This document shows, in pieces, positions 27,676 to 40,592 of a stretch of 64,000 nucleotides of DNA. The stretch is taken from the NCBI GenBank assembly GCA_964016885.1, contig OZ024747.1, forward strand, positions 71,796,001 to 71,860,000, written 5' to 3'. The notes below the pieces were generated by a model. The model was not told the DNA's origin. It saw only the letters and a list, made by a program, of their open reading frames with translations, and did not search any database. The first letter of the stretch is position 1. Each line of letters starts with the position of its first letter. The position numbers were made by a program, and so were the translations under genes. This stretch comes from Eledone cirrhosa (taxonomy: Eukaryota).

Positions 27676-30549
27676 TTATAAATACACCCATATACACATG
27701 CATACCTACTCATGTACACCATATTCTTGCAGAAAGCTGGACGATATATCGAGGTCGATAAAATAAAATACTAGTCAAATACTGGGATCGATTCTTCCTT
27801 TATATCTCTCTCTTGCTTCCATTCTCTCACACTCTATCCTTCACTGTATTCCGACCTGGAGAGGGATGGGCTCTGACAGGTTTACAAATACCCTAGAAAC
27901 GCCGTATGTCAATACCGCACTCCTACGACTCTCTCAGAACACATGCATGCATTCTGATATTAATAGAACCATCATAGTTGTTCGTCTTGTTTTGTGTGAA
28001 ATTCTATATGGAATTGTATTGTTATCGACTTATGTTGTGCTAGCTAACGTTTTTGCATGTAGTGTATTGAAATGTCCTGTCATGGCTCCTTGTTTGTGTA
28101 TGGTTAATCGTCGAGAAAGTGTCGTGTATGTGCGACTAATGTAACAATTTCTCCAGGTCTGAATACAGCAGATATCTCCCAGAGAAGGATAGAAAGTCAG
28201 AGATTTTGAGAAAAAATCAACCCCAGTACTAGACTGGTACTTTTTCATCGACCTTGAATGGAAGAAATGCAAAGTAGACCTCGACGGGATTTGAACTCAG
28301 AAAGCAGAGAGCGGGAACGAATACTTCAAAGGATTCTATCCAACGTTCTAACAATAATAAACACCTTCGAAATGTTACCTCTGCAAAATTTCATTTGAGA
28401 GAAAAAAGTATACTTTATTAAGAAAGTTATGAGGAAAGAAAGCCGATATTTGCGAGGAGGGTCGCTGAACTGTACTTATATCGCTTTCTTTTAGAGGAAC
28501 ACTTGTCTCTAGTCTAATTAATTATTCAAATTACCTAATTAATAATATATATATATATAATCAGTGACCTACAGACGAATATATAGCCATGTATGAGCGT
28601 GTATGTGTATGTATGTATATGTGCGTGTGTCTTTGTGTGTCTCTGTGTGTGTTGGTGTGTGTTGATATGTGTCTGTGTGTGTTGGTGTGTGTATATGTGT
28701 GTCATGGTGTCTGTGTCTGTGTGAATGTTAATGTGCGCGTGTGTGTATATGTATGTATTAGTGTGTGTGTGTGTGTGTACTGGTGTGTATACGTTGGTGT
28801 GTGTGTCTGTTGGTGTGTGCGTGCGTGTGTTGGTGTGTATTGGTGCGTGTGTATGTTGGTGTGTGTTGGCGTGTGTTGGTGTGTATTGGTGCGTGTGTAT
28901 GTTGGTGTGTGTTGGCGTGTGTTGGCGTGTATTGGTGTGTGCGTGTGTGGTTTTTCATGATTCACTTCTAATAAACTTAATTACTGTGTAACTAATATTG
29001 ATTGAGTCGTGGATTAATATATTGATAATCGATGACTAAATTATTCCGTGAAAAACATTTAAGTTGTTGACTAAAATATCAACAACGACGTCATTTCCCT
29101 CCTTTAAAAATAAGCACAACGGATTAAATTAGGTAAAATTAAAATTTAATTGATTAATCTAAGAATTAGATTAACGCATGAACTAATTATTGACATTAAA
29201 CAATTAAATAAATATTTAACACTTTCTTCTGAGAAAATTACATTTAATTGGAATCGTTTCATAGTAACATTATTTTAAAGAAAAAAAATCAAATAATGAC
29301 ACACACACACACGCGCGCGCGCACATACACACACACACATCAATTTTTACTATGTAATAGTATTAGACCCCGGGATTAACAACATGTAACTTTTATTTTC
29401 ATTTGGATTAAAACAATATAACATTTTATCTAAAATAATCTTTCTCTAGTCAACTATAAAACAGACATATAACACTACGACGACGACGACATCACATTTT
29501 GTATATGAGTGTGTATGTGTCTGTGACTGTGTGTGTGTTTGCGCGTTCGTTACGTACGTTAGGCCTTAGTAAGTTGCATACACATTATCTTCACCTAAAT
29601 ATTTAATCAGATACACAGAGAATTAAACGCACACACACACATATACACATACATATACATAAGTAATAACTGACAAGTATATGTGTGTGAGTGTATGTGA
29701 GAGTGTATGTGTGTGAGTATACATACATTTCTCTGACGACTGACATAACTAACACACACGCACATCTAAAAAGAGGGAGACACAGAGGGAGAGGCAGAGA
29801 GAGAGAGGGGGTAGGCCGTTATACAGAGAGAGAGATACAATTAAAGTGTTAGATATTCAGAGAGAGAGAGAGACGTCCCACAAAAGTCTAGAATCGGCTT
29901 AAATTATAGATCAAAGTATTAGTTGGATGTTTAATAATATTGCGTTAACTTGATAAAATCGTCTTTGATTTTACAGAACACAGAAAAATTAATACTATTT
30001 GAAATTGATCTGCGGTGTATATTAATTTAGCTTTCTGAGGATAGTGGCATGTTATTATTGACCTAATTCAGAATATGGGACGGGAAACAAAAAGGTTAAG
30101 ACCACAAGAAAGACGATCGCAACTTTCTGAAGGTGTACAGAACTTGAGACAGGAAACAGAAAGAGGCCCAAAATTTGACCATATCTCCAGGATACAAGAG
30201 GCATCAAATTAGTGACCTTTCTTCGGGTACTTATACGAGTTTATGTATAAACATAGAGAAGAAAATAAACAAAGAAAAATAAGAAAACCAAAGGTAGACA
30301 CACTTAATTACACACTACAACAGGGGAAAATACTGATGTTACCATCTAAGACACTTATGGCATTGTCAAATATTGACATACGTCAATTAATTAAATGAAG
30401 AAAAATTGCGATTAGATTAAATTCAATTTGATTGAATTGTATTAGAATAACATTCATTTAGAGGTTAACCAACTATCGACATTTGTCAATGAAATTAATA
30501 GTTATACAAAATATTATGAACCACAATATTCTGTCAACATAGTTTACAG

Positions 30550-31068
30550 CAGGGATCTCAAACATGCGGCCCGCAAACTACTTTTCTGTGGCCCGCGGCA
30601 GAACAAATTTCGTGACTGACTCATGTATTTTTTAAACTTGGCAATTTTTTCCTGTTTTAACAATATTTATGATATAATTCATTACAGTTTACCTCAGAAA
30701 TACAATATAAGGAAAGAAAAAAAAATGAAATTTATCAATGACAGTGCTCCTGCATGGCCTCAGACTGTCGGTTGGAACACGTAATAAAGTAGAGTGAAAA
30801 TGGAAAAAAGGGGATTCACCAAAAGTAAAAATGGAAATTAAGGAAAATTTGTCTCCCTACATTTTGTACTAATTCAAATATCCCATTTACTATCATATGT
30901 GTATTCATTTTGATGAAATGAATAAATAAATAACAGCCTATCAGCTGTATTGCAGGTTAGCTTTATAACTGTTGGGAATAATGTCCCACCTTCATTTCAC
31001 TTTGGCCCGCTGGGCTTCTTCTCCACGACGTAATGGCCCGTTTTAAGTCCTTGAGTTTGAGACACTTG
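30550..31068. mobile_element. Non-autonomous hAT (Charlie-like) element
   Basis: TIRs CAGGGATCTCAAAC / GTTTGAGACACTTG; 8-bp TSD GTTTACAG / ATTTACAG; subterminal GGCCCG motifs. Confidence 0.85.
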
Positions 31069-31199
31069 ATTTACAGCATGTTGTCTCTGTTTATTCGGTT
31101 CCTTTAGAAGACCTAAAATATTCTCATTGAGCTAAATAACGAATTGATCAAAGCTCTACACTAGCACACAACAATCAGGTTTACTTCTCGGACTTGGTC

Positions 31200-32600
31200 A
31201 ATTCAGCATCCCGGGCCTGTTTGTTAATGCCTGTTCCAACACTGAACAGCTTTAACTTCCAGAAGTACGCCTAATGCCTTAACCTCACACTGGATAACCC
31301 TCAATCCTCTATAGGCTTCGACGCCCTGATGGCATCGTCATAAAACCGGCTGACGAGGGTGGAGCAGTAGTGGTATGTTGTGCCGACTTCTATACGACAG
31401 AAGCAACAACTTCATTACTTCGGGTTCTATCACCTCTTACTTTCTGACTCCACACACCGGCTACCAACTTGTCTGTTCCTCGCTGTCCTATTCCATCCAT
31501 CACTACCAACCTCATCATCCACACACCCAACTCTTCCACCATTTATTTCTTCCCCAAGATCCATAAGCCCGACAACCCTGGCCGCCCCTTAGTTTCCGCC
31601 TGAACTAATCTCAACCTCACCTCAACCCCTTGTCGCTTACCCCCTTTTCCACACCCACGACGCTAGTCTCACCCTCCACCTCTTCCAAGCATTCTCCTTC
31701 TTTGACCTGGTCCTTCCCACTTTCTTTTAACTATGGACATAAAATCTACATATATGCTCATCACCCCACAAGAACAACCACTTAGCTCTTCAGCACATCT
31801 TCAACCCTCACACCACCCTCAGCTCAGCACATCCACCCTTCTCCGCCTAGCCGAACTTGTGCCCGTTTTAAGCTGCTTCTCTTTCGCGAAAGAGATTTAC
31901 TAGCAAGCTACGGTTGTAATTATGGGGATGAAGATTGGGCCAAACTACGCCAAAGTTTTCATTAGTTATGTTGCTCACATTTTCACATCGTTCACCGGCC
32001 ATAACACCTGAACTATAAGGTCGTATATTCAAGAGGTCATTGGAAACACCACACTCTCTCGCACACAACAATACTTTCTTCTACTTCGTTACTTCCGGCC
32101 GTCATGTGCCCCCATCCCACCTTCCGGACTATATCTCTAATCGCTGCTATCGGGGAGGAGTTGGCTACCTGCAAGTGCGAATCCATGAGGTAAATGGCTG
32201 TTCCAGCGCGTCTTCTTCACCATCCACCGGGGCAATGTCTTTTCCATCCTGTCTGCTGGCGATGATTTATATTAATATATTGTCTCATTAACTTCGTAGA
32301 ATACTAGAATACTGTTGATATAATTAATTAACTGGATAATCTATATTCCAGCTAAGGAACTTATTCCACCCTTCTCTCCAATACACATCTACCATACCAG
32401 ACACCTCCATCAATTTTCTTAGTATCTCTGTTTATAACCATTAACCAAACCACACCCTCACTGCCTCAGCCTTCTGCAAACCTATCAACTTTCTACCTGC
32501 CTTAATTTGACCTCTCCCTACCCCGCCCACACTAAATGGGCAATTCCTTACTCCCAATTTCTCTGCAACCGTGTGAGCGCATTTCTTATGAACTTTCTTT
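31200..32600 (+). mobile_element. Penelope-like element reverse transcriptase pseudogene
   Basis: IVIKPADEGGAVVV (31334-31375), FPKIHKPDNPGRPLVSA (about 31550-31600), TMDIKS, GPNYA and HTKWAIPYSQFL: PLE RT motifs in the correct order, with stops and frameshifts. Confidence 0.85.
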
Positions 32601-32609
32601 CCGCAGCAC

Positions 32610-34190
32610 GTCTCTTTGACCGAGTTGCAAACCTAGGTCAAGCGCAGACCAAGGTTGGGCGACTGGCATTTAGAATGCTTTTAGGCCTCACGGCACTTTA
32701 CCAACTGTACAACGTGATGGGTGGCCAGAAAACAATGCTCGTGTTCTATAGAAGTTTAGTAGAAGTTATGAGCAACAATAGCCTGGGAGCGGCTTTGGAC
32801 GTTGACAAGGACAATCAGAACAGGTTCTTCTAAGGACTTTCAGGCTGGCGATTATAGGCTTTTTCCAAAAACAGAGATGGTAGATGTGAGAGAAGGATGG
32901 AATAAGTTCCTTAGCATGGCAATGCTACAGAGGAGCACTAACAGTTCGAGACAAGCTCTACAAGCACGGAAGTGCCAACAGCAAGAACTGTCTGAGATGT
33001 ATGCAGGGCGACAAAACTGTCCTGTATAATATCACCCAATGCACGTGCATTGCAGCCTTATGGGATTGTATCGAACAACCACTTTCGCGTTTAGGACAGA
33101 TCCAGCTATCAGCTGCATCTATAGTGAAAATTGAACCACCACCTTGTTTTAGAAAGGAGGCTCGGCAAATCTTCCGCTAACTAGTAGCTATGGCCAAGGA
33201 AGTTGTATAGTGGACTCGCCTAAAAGGAATCTTCCTCTCCAGTGAAGCTCTCATCAACTTCTTCAAGTTCTATTTGATGATGAAGGTGTGGAAACAGAGA
33301 GAGGTGTTGCCTTCTTGTGTGTTTTATGATAAGTGAGAGCAGTGAGATTGACGAGTCTAAGTAGGCCTACTCTCACAATGCTTTTCTAAGCATAAAGAAG
33401 GAAACCAGGATAGGGTATTTTCAATGCCCTTGAGTCAACAGAGTAGCCTTTGGTTTTATGTAGGTGTTCTCCCTGAAATTAACACTAAAGTGCAGTCCTA
33501 AACTTGGAGAACTGGTCCTTGCTAACATTCGTTGTTATTGTTTTCTATTGTTATGTATATTTATTACAATTTCTATAATTGTTATTCCTACTGTTTTCTC
33601 TTCTGTGATGTCCCCTTTCTTTCACTCGATGTAAACCCCATGTTGTATTATTATTTGCCCTTGTATCGTCCCCAACGCTCTGTCCGCGAAGGTTATCCCC
33701 TCTCGTCCCTGTTGTATGTATTGACTCTACAGCCATTACTGCACAAATTGGAGATGTCGAGGGGTATCCCGCGTGAACTGGGATGCGGGAGAACCGTGTC
33801 AGCAAATGCCGACGACGTCACCGTAGTGGTGTCGAATGCCTGACACATCGAGGAGATCTGCACTACTCTAAAAGAATATGAGAAAGTGACAGGAGCAAAT
33901 AATAACCAGGAAAAGTCGGTGGGCCTACCCAGAGCGTATGCCTGCATTATTGAAGGAGGACAACTGGGAGAGGGCGCTTGCCCTAACGGTCAGGGTAACC
34001 GTGGCTCTTATGGGCTTTCTCTAGGAACAACCCTTCGAGTCACCTCACCTTTGGGGGATTTGTTATGTTTTTTTAATGTTTATTTTCTTAATCACCGTTA
34101 TAAATTTTATTTTATACAAAACCCCACACTGTAGCGTCCTGTACTGTCTTTAATGTCTCCTTAATGTGAGCCTTGTGTGGCTAATAAAGA
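32610..34190 (+). mobile_element. Decayed Tx1/L1-like LINE fragments
   Basis: RSVREGYPLSSLLYVLTLQP and ADDVTVVV (RT motifs); 33190-33390 is homologous to the C-terminus of ORF 52917-53444; AATAAA near 34183. Confidence 0.7.
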
Positions 34191-36049
34191 AAACACAGAG
34201 TTACGACCCCGATGTCAGTTTTGCCTTTCATCATTACGGTGTCGATAAAATAAAGTACCAGTAAGCACTGGGGTCGATTTAATCGACTTTCCCCTCCCCC
34301 CAAATTGCTGGCCTTGTGCCTATATAAGAAACCATTATTTAAACAAAGTTTTCTTGAAGATTGAGTTGGGACGCGAGTGTGTTAGAAGCCCCCCCCCCCC
34401 TCCTATACCCTTCATCTTCAACTAACCATTCAAACTACTAGCCCCTATTCCTCAGGTACCTATTACAAGTGGGGTGATAACAACTTTGCTACTATTCAAG
34501 ATTTTCTACATTTCCTATTTCAAGCCTTCATACTTTTCTATTTTCTCGCGTGCTGTGTCAACTTTTCAAGTATCAAATGAACAAGCAGCATCGATTAGCC
34601 AACACATGTTTTCCTTTCTATTGAGTATAACAATACCTGGGTATAAGTTAGTGATTCCCAACGTAGGGTCCAAGCCCCGCAGAGGGGGTGGGGATTTGAA
34701 AATGATGTTAATGAGAATAAACTTCATGTTTTACTTTTTTAACTTTTACACTAAGGCAACTTTGCTATACATTACATTCTGTAACTCCTGCCTCACCTCC
34801 TCCACACACCTTATTGTGCATCTGGCACCACTTTTATGCCAATGTGTTTACACCTAGCAGTTGATCATCGCTATTTTCATATCAACGGGGCGGGGGCGTA
34901 GCAATTTTTGAGATGTTGTGGTGGAGCATGCTGCACAAAAGGTTGGAGACCACTGGCATAAATAGTCCATTTACTTATCCATTTGAATCTTTTATACGAT
35001 TGTTTTTAAGGACACATTCTGGTTTGTGATCACATTCCTTCGCACGTTCAAACACAAATTGTTATTCATTAGCTCATGTAAGATTGTCTCTGGTTCTTAT
35101 GATTTTTTGAGCAAACATTTTGCATTCAGAGACCACATGTGCCTACATCTCTTCTCTTTGACCACACATTCTACATGCAACCAAGATGTTTTCCTTATCT
35201 ATATTATTTTAGATATATTCCTGATCTGGTTGCCTGATCCTGCGCGGCTATGATTAAGCCCTTTCTGTTTCATTCTCTTCAAACCTCCCTTCTTTAGTCA
35301 CTGGAATGACTTCTCATTTTGATGCCTTTCAGTATTTTGGAAGAACTTTCCGTGTAAGCTCATAACGTTGCTTTCTAGTTTTGAGGATTTCCTCTCTCTC
35401 GCTCTCTATCTCTATCTCTCTCTTTCTCTCTCTGACATTTTCTGCGATGCATGACATGGCTAGTCATAGGCAAGTCTTAAGCAGGACTAAAAAGCCACGG
35501 CCGTGATGCTCATGCTTAAGTATTAAGCGATGGCATTACTCGAAATCGACTTACAGCCATCATCATCATGTATGTATGCATGTATGTATATATGTATGTG
35601 AGTATGTATGTATGTATGTATATATGTATGTGAGTATGTATGTATGTATGTATATATGTATATATGTATGTGAGTATGTATGTATGTATGTATGTATATA
35701 TGTATGTGAGTATGTATGTATGTATGTTCTTCTGGTTTTATAATTTCACAAAGTTTTCCCAATAGAGAGAGTCGCTAACATAGACACAAGACTCTCTCAT
35801 TGGAATTTACACATCAACTAGGTAGATATGTATGTATGAATACATGTGAAGATATGGATGTTATTGTATGTGTGGATGTGTATGTTTTGAGTTGTATGTG
35901 TGCATGTGTATATGCTTTGTATCTGTATATGTGTATATGCAGTTATTAGGTGCAAAGTTTTGGGAATGTTTTACATATTTGTATGTTTGTATGTATGTAT
36001 GTATATATATATATTTATGTATGTGTGTATGTACGTATGTCAGGTCGTT

Positions 36050-36215
36050 CTTCAACGCTACTGGTAACATGTAACCCAGTACAACTCGTGCATGGTCGGG
36101 TCGTCGGCGACTAAACCGGCAACCCCACCAAACTTGCTTGGTGAGGAGGGACACCCTGTGGGATGAAAAGCAAGACCCGCGAAAGGGTGGAGGAACTCGG
36201 GAGATTCAACAGCAT
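36050..36215 (+). mobile_element. Retroposon 5' segment, inverted homolog at about 48465-48635
   Basis: CTACTGGTAACATGT..CCCAGTACAAC...GGCGACTAAAC.GGCAACCCCACCAA is shared. Confidence 0.65.
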
Positions 36216-36242
36216 CGAATAATTTTTTTTTTTTTTTTTGTT

Positions 36243-36618
36243 GAGTGAGAGACTCCTAGTCTTCATTAAGACATCTCTCTAGGAGAAGGTCTCTCTGATA
36301 TAAAACCTGTGACATCTGAGGAGTGAGAGACCCCTAGTCTTCATTAAGACATCTCTCTAGGAGAAGGTCACTCAGATATAAAACCTGTGACATCTGAGGA
36401 GTGAGAGACTCCTAGTCTTCATTAAGACATCTCTCTAGGAGAAGGTCACTCTGATATAAAACCTGTGACATCTGAGGAGTGAGAGACCCCTAGTCTTCAT
36501 TAAGACATCTCTCTAGGAGAAGGTCACTCTGATATAAAACCTGTGACATCTGAGGAGTGAGAGACTCCTAGTCTTCATTAAGACATCTCTCTAGGAGAAG
36601 GTCACTCTGATATAAAAG
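36243..36618. repeat. 78-bp tandem repeat, ~4.8 copies
   Basis: Units start at 36243, 36321, 36399, 36477 and 36555. Confidence 0.95.
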
Positions 36619-37121
36619 CTGCGACTTAGTTTACATCCAATGATGGAGACCAGTTCTTCTTTTGGGGTAAATGCATTCAATGTTCAAAGAGTAGGATTGG
36701 TCTCGTGCAAAGCCTTTCCTCACTTAAAAAATCTTCAAGCACAGGCATTGCTTGATATGTGACATTTTCTGTGATGTATAGCATTGCTGGCCATAGGCAA
36801 GCCCCTAGCAGGACTAAAAAGCCACGTTCATGATGCTCATGTTTAAGTATCAAGCGATAGCATTACTTTAAATCGAGTTACAGCCATCATGTATGTATGT
36901 ATGTATGTAAGTATGTATGTATGTATGTAAGTATGTATATGTATGTATGTATGTAAGTATGCATATGTATGTATGCATATATATATATATATATGTATGT
37001 ATATGTATGTATGCATATATATATGTATGTATACTATAACAGTAGCAAATTAGCTGAGTCTTTAGAGCATTAGATTAAATACGTTGGGTTCAAATCCCGC
37101 CCCCTGCTAACAAGAATATGG

Positions 37122-37337
37122 TGACATGTAAGTACATGGGTCCCCTGACATGTAAGTACATGGGTCCCCTGACATGTAAGTACATGGGTCCCCTGACATG
37201 TAAGTACATGGGTCCCCTGACATGTAAGTACATGGGTCCCCTGACATGTAAGTACATGGGTCCCCTGACATGTAAGTACATGGGTCCCCTGACATGTAAG
37301 TACATGGGTCCCCTGACATGTAAGTACATGGGTCCCC
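37122..37337. repeat. Perfect 24-bp tandem x9 (TGACATGTAAGTACATGGGTCCCC) downstream of a SINE-like B box
   Basis: Nine identical units; GGGTTCAAATCCC at 37086-37098. Confidence 0.95.
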
Positions 37338-37429
37338 ATTCATTAAAACACCCTAGAAAGTTCTTATGGGATGTAACATTAAAAATATTCTCCTGAAAGT
37401 ATTCCACACACGCGCATACATACATGTTC

Positions 37430-37525
<96 letters not shown>

Positions 37526-37588
37526 GTGTGTGTGTGCGTGTGTGCGCGTGTGTGTGTGTGTGTGCGTGCGTGTGTATGCGTATGCCAG

Positions 37589-37782
37589 GTTCAATCGGGG
37601 GTAACCACAGTAAGTAAGGTACTCAATACATAGTAGAGTATATACAATGTTTAATATAGAAATGGCTTCTACAGGACTAGAACTGTTTCATTCGAAGGGA
37701 ATCATCAAGAAAGAGCTTTCCTGATTTCCTTCGAATGAAACAGTTCTAATCCTGTAGAAGCCATTTCTATATTAAACACTAT
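37589..37782 (-). mobile_element. Microsatellite-embedded fold-back element, family 7
   Basis: Arms about 37648-37702 / 37725-37779; related hairpin-less fragment at about 8678-8790. Confidence 0.8.
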
Positions 37783-37844
37783 ATATATATAAATATATAT
37801 ATACACAAATATATACATACTCATACTCACATACATGCATACAT

Positions 37845-38228
37845 ATATATATATTTAAAATAAACACATGAAACAATCACAGGGGATAATTTGTAAAGTG
37901 TGTAATCACACATAGCTAGGTAGGTAACTAATTAAAGTTTAACTTGAGCTTTAAATATTACCTTTTAAAAAATGAAAAGGTAATATTTAAAGCTCTAGTT
38001 AAACTTTAATTAGTTACCTACCTAGCTATGTGTGATTACACACTTTACAAATTATCCCCTGTGATTGTTTCATGTGTTTATTTTAAATATATATATATGT
38101 CAATCTATTTCTAGTTGATATAAAATGCTCGGATCTATTCATTGGAATCTTTGAGCTTATACGGTGGATATGGCGCATGTCTCGGACATGACTCCCTTAA
38201 TTTAATTTAATTAAATTAATTTTGGATA
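37845..38228 (+). mobile_element. (TA)n-embedded fold-back element, family 1
   Basis: ~120-bp arms centred near 37970; tail shared with 8253-8460. Confidence 0.85.
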
Positions 38229-38403
38229 TATACACATATATATATACAGATACACACACACACTCTCTTTCACACACACTATCTCTCCCACACACACTCA
38301 CATACATACATACATAAATATATATATATTGTTAGTTTCAGAAGATCCCGTTAAGGGTGAAAGCAGCGATTCTTTGCTTAAACTTTAATCTGTTATTTTA
38401 ATA

Positions 38404-38444
<41 letters not shown>

Positions 38445-39360
38445 GTACATATATATTTACATACATATATACTTACATACATATACACACACGTATATAT
38501 ATATATATTATATATATATATATATACACACACACACATATATATATATGTGTGTGTGTATGTGTGTGTGTGTGTGTGTGTGTGTATAATATATATATAT
38601 ATATATACGTGTGTGTATATGTAAGTATATATGTATGTAAATATATATGTACGTATGTGTGTATATATGTATATATATATGTGTGTGTGTGTGTGCGAGA
38701 GAGAGAGAGGGAGGGGGGGGGGGGTTAGTGCAAGACAAACATAGAGATGCAAATCCACAGTCCTATTAGACTCACGTTTGGGAAGAAGTAAATAAGAGTA
38801 TCAACGTATCGGACATGAGTCCTTCTTCGGGAAATTGGGAAATAGCCTAGCTCAGATAGAGAGGGTGGAGGGGGTTGTAACAACGGAGCTTGGAAGATTG
38901 TGGCAGGGGTTAGATATTGACTACATTACAACTGTTAGTTTCACCATCTAACAGATCATTCAATAATGGTATTAACCCACGCTCAATTCTGTACATATTG
39001 ATACAATACTTAAATCAACTAAGAAAACTTCTGTATTTATCTATGTAAAATATGTGTTTGTTTTAAACAGCTAAAACCCCGTTTCTGTATATGCATTCGT
39101 TTGTTTTCTCGTAAATTCTTATATGTTGTATAACTCTGTTATGAGATAATTAAAAACATTGTTAATCGTAATAAGTTAGATGAAGGAGAGGCACTATACG
39201 TAAAACCTCTATTAACATCGTAAATATAAATATTTATTTTTAATTTGAATATTCTAAAACGTTTACATTGATAACATATGGTTGTCTATCGTTAATATTT
39301 ATTTTATGACTACAAAGACAAGCTGTAAGAGAAAAAAACTGCATATAACCCGCATCATCG

Positions 39361-39415
<55 letters not shown>

Positions 39416-39989
39416 CATATGTATATATTCACACACACAAACACACGCGCAAATATTTATGTTTGTGTATGTGTGTACGTTTGTGTGTGTGTGTGTGTTG
39501 CGTGTGTATGCGTACGTTTTCTGTTATATGTGATCTAGTGTACTGTGTATAGAAAGAGAAACAGCCACTCGAGATCTTTGTTATTTGTGAATCAAAGAAA
39601 CTTGTTGTTCTTCGGAGAAATGGCAACAGATGCGAAAATGTCCATCACAACTATCATCTTCTTACCTTATCTCTCTCTTCGATTCTCTCTCTCTCGGTCG
39701 TGTTGCATTGACTAAACAGAGAAAACGTAAGGTAGAGAGTACTGGGTAGTCTCACCTACTCCACGCCTAACTCTCTGCTGCTACCCAACCCTGTATTTCC
39801 TGTTTTCTACATCGCCTATTCTTGGTTCAGGCTATATATAACGAAACTTTCACCGCGTTTTTATTGTTTTGATACGCCACAAACGTCGGCGAAACTGTAT
39901 ATGGGTCCTTAAATACAGTGCATGTTTAGTGTGTCTAACTACACAAACCCATAAAACAAGCAGCTAGGCGAAAATACACACTCGCACAT

Positions 39990-40416
39990 ACATGCAAACA
40001 AACATACATACATACATACAAGCATACAAACATACAAACATACATACCTACATACATGCATACAAACAAACATACATACATACATACATACATACAAACA
40101 TACAAACATACAAACATACATACCTACATACATGCATACAAACAAACATACATACAAACATACATACATACATACATACATACATACATACATACATACA
40201 TACATACATACATACATACATACATACGTACGTACGTACATACATACGTACGTACGTACATACATACATACATACATACATACATACATACATACATACA
40301 TAGACATTCACATACATACATGTTTGTTGTGATACGAGCGTTTGTCTCTGCGTGTGTTTGTGTGTGAGCGTGTATGTGTGTGTGTGTGTGTTTGCGTATG
40401 CGTGTGCGTGTGTTAT

Positions 40417-40478
<62 letters not shown>

Positions 40479-40592
40479 TATGTACGTGTGTATGTCTGTG
40501 TACGTGCACATATCTGTATGTACGTATATATATGTGTGTGCGCGTGTGTGTATGTGTGTGAGTGTGTGTGTGTGTGTGTGTGTGCGTGTGTG
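39990..40592. repeat. Compound (CATA)n / (TG)n microsatellite
   Basis: Directly visible; one of many such tracts (e.g. 17710-18410, 28590-28950, 35570-35725). Confidence 0.95.

Noticed and set aside
36243-36618. Possible repeat-spacer array
   Set aside because: The whole 78-bp unit is repeated; there are no unique spacers
37122-37337. CRISPR-like array of palindromic 24-bp repeats
   Set aside because: Units are contiguous with no spacers, there are no cas genes, and the context is eukaryotic
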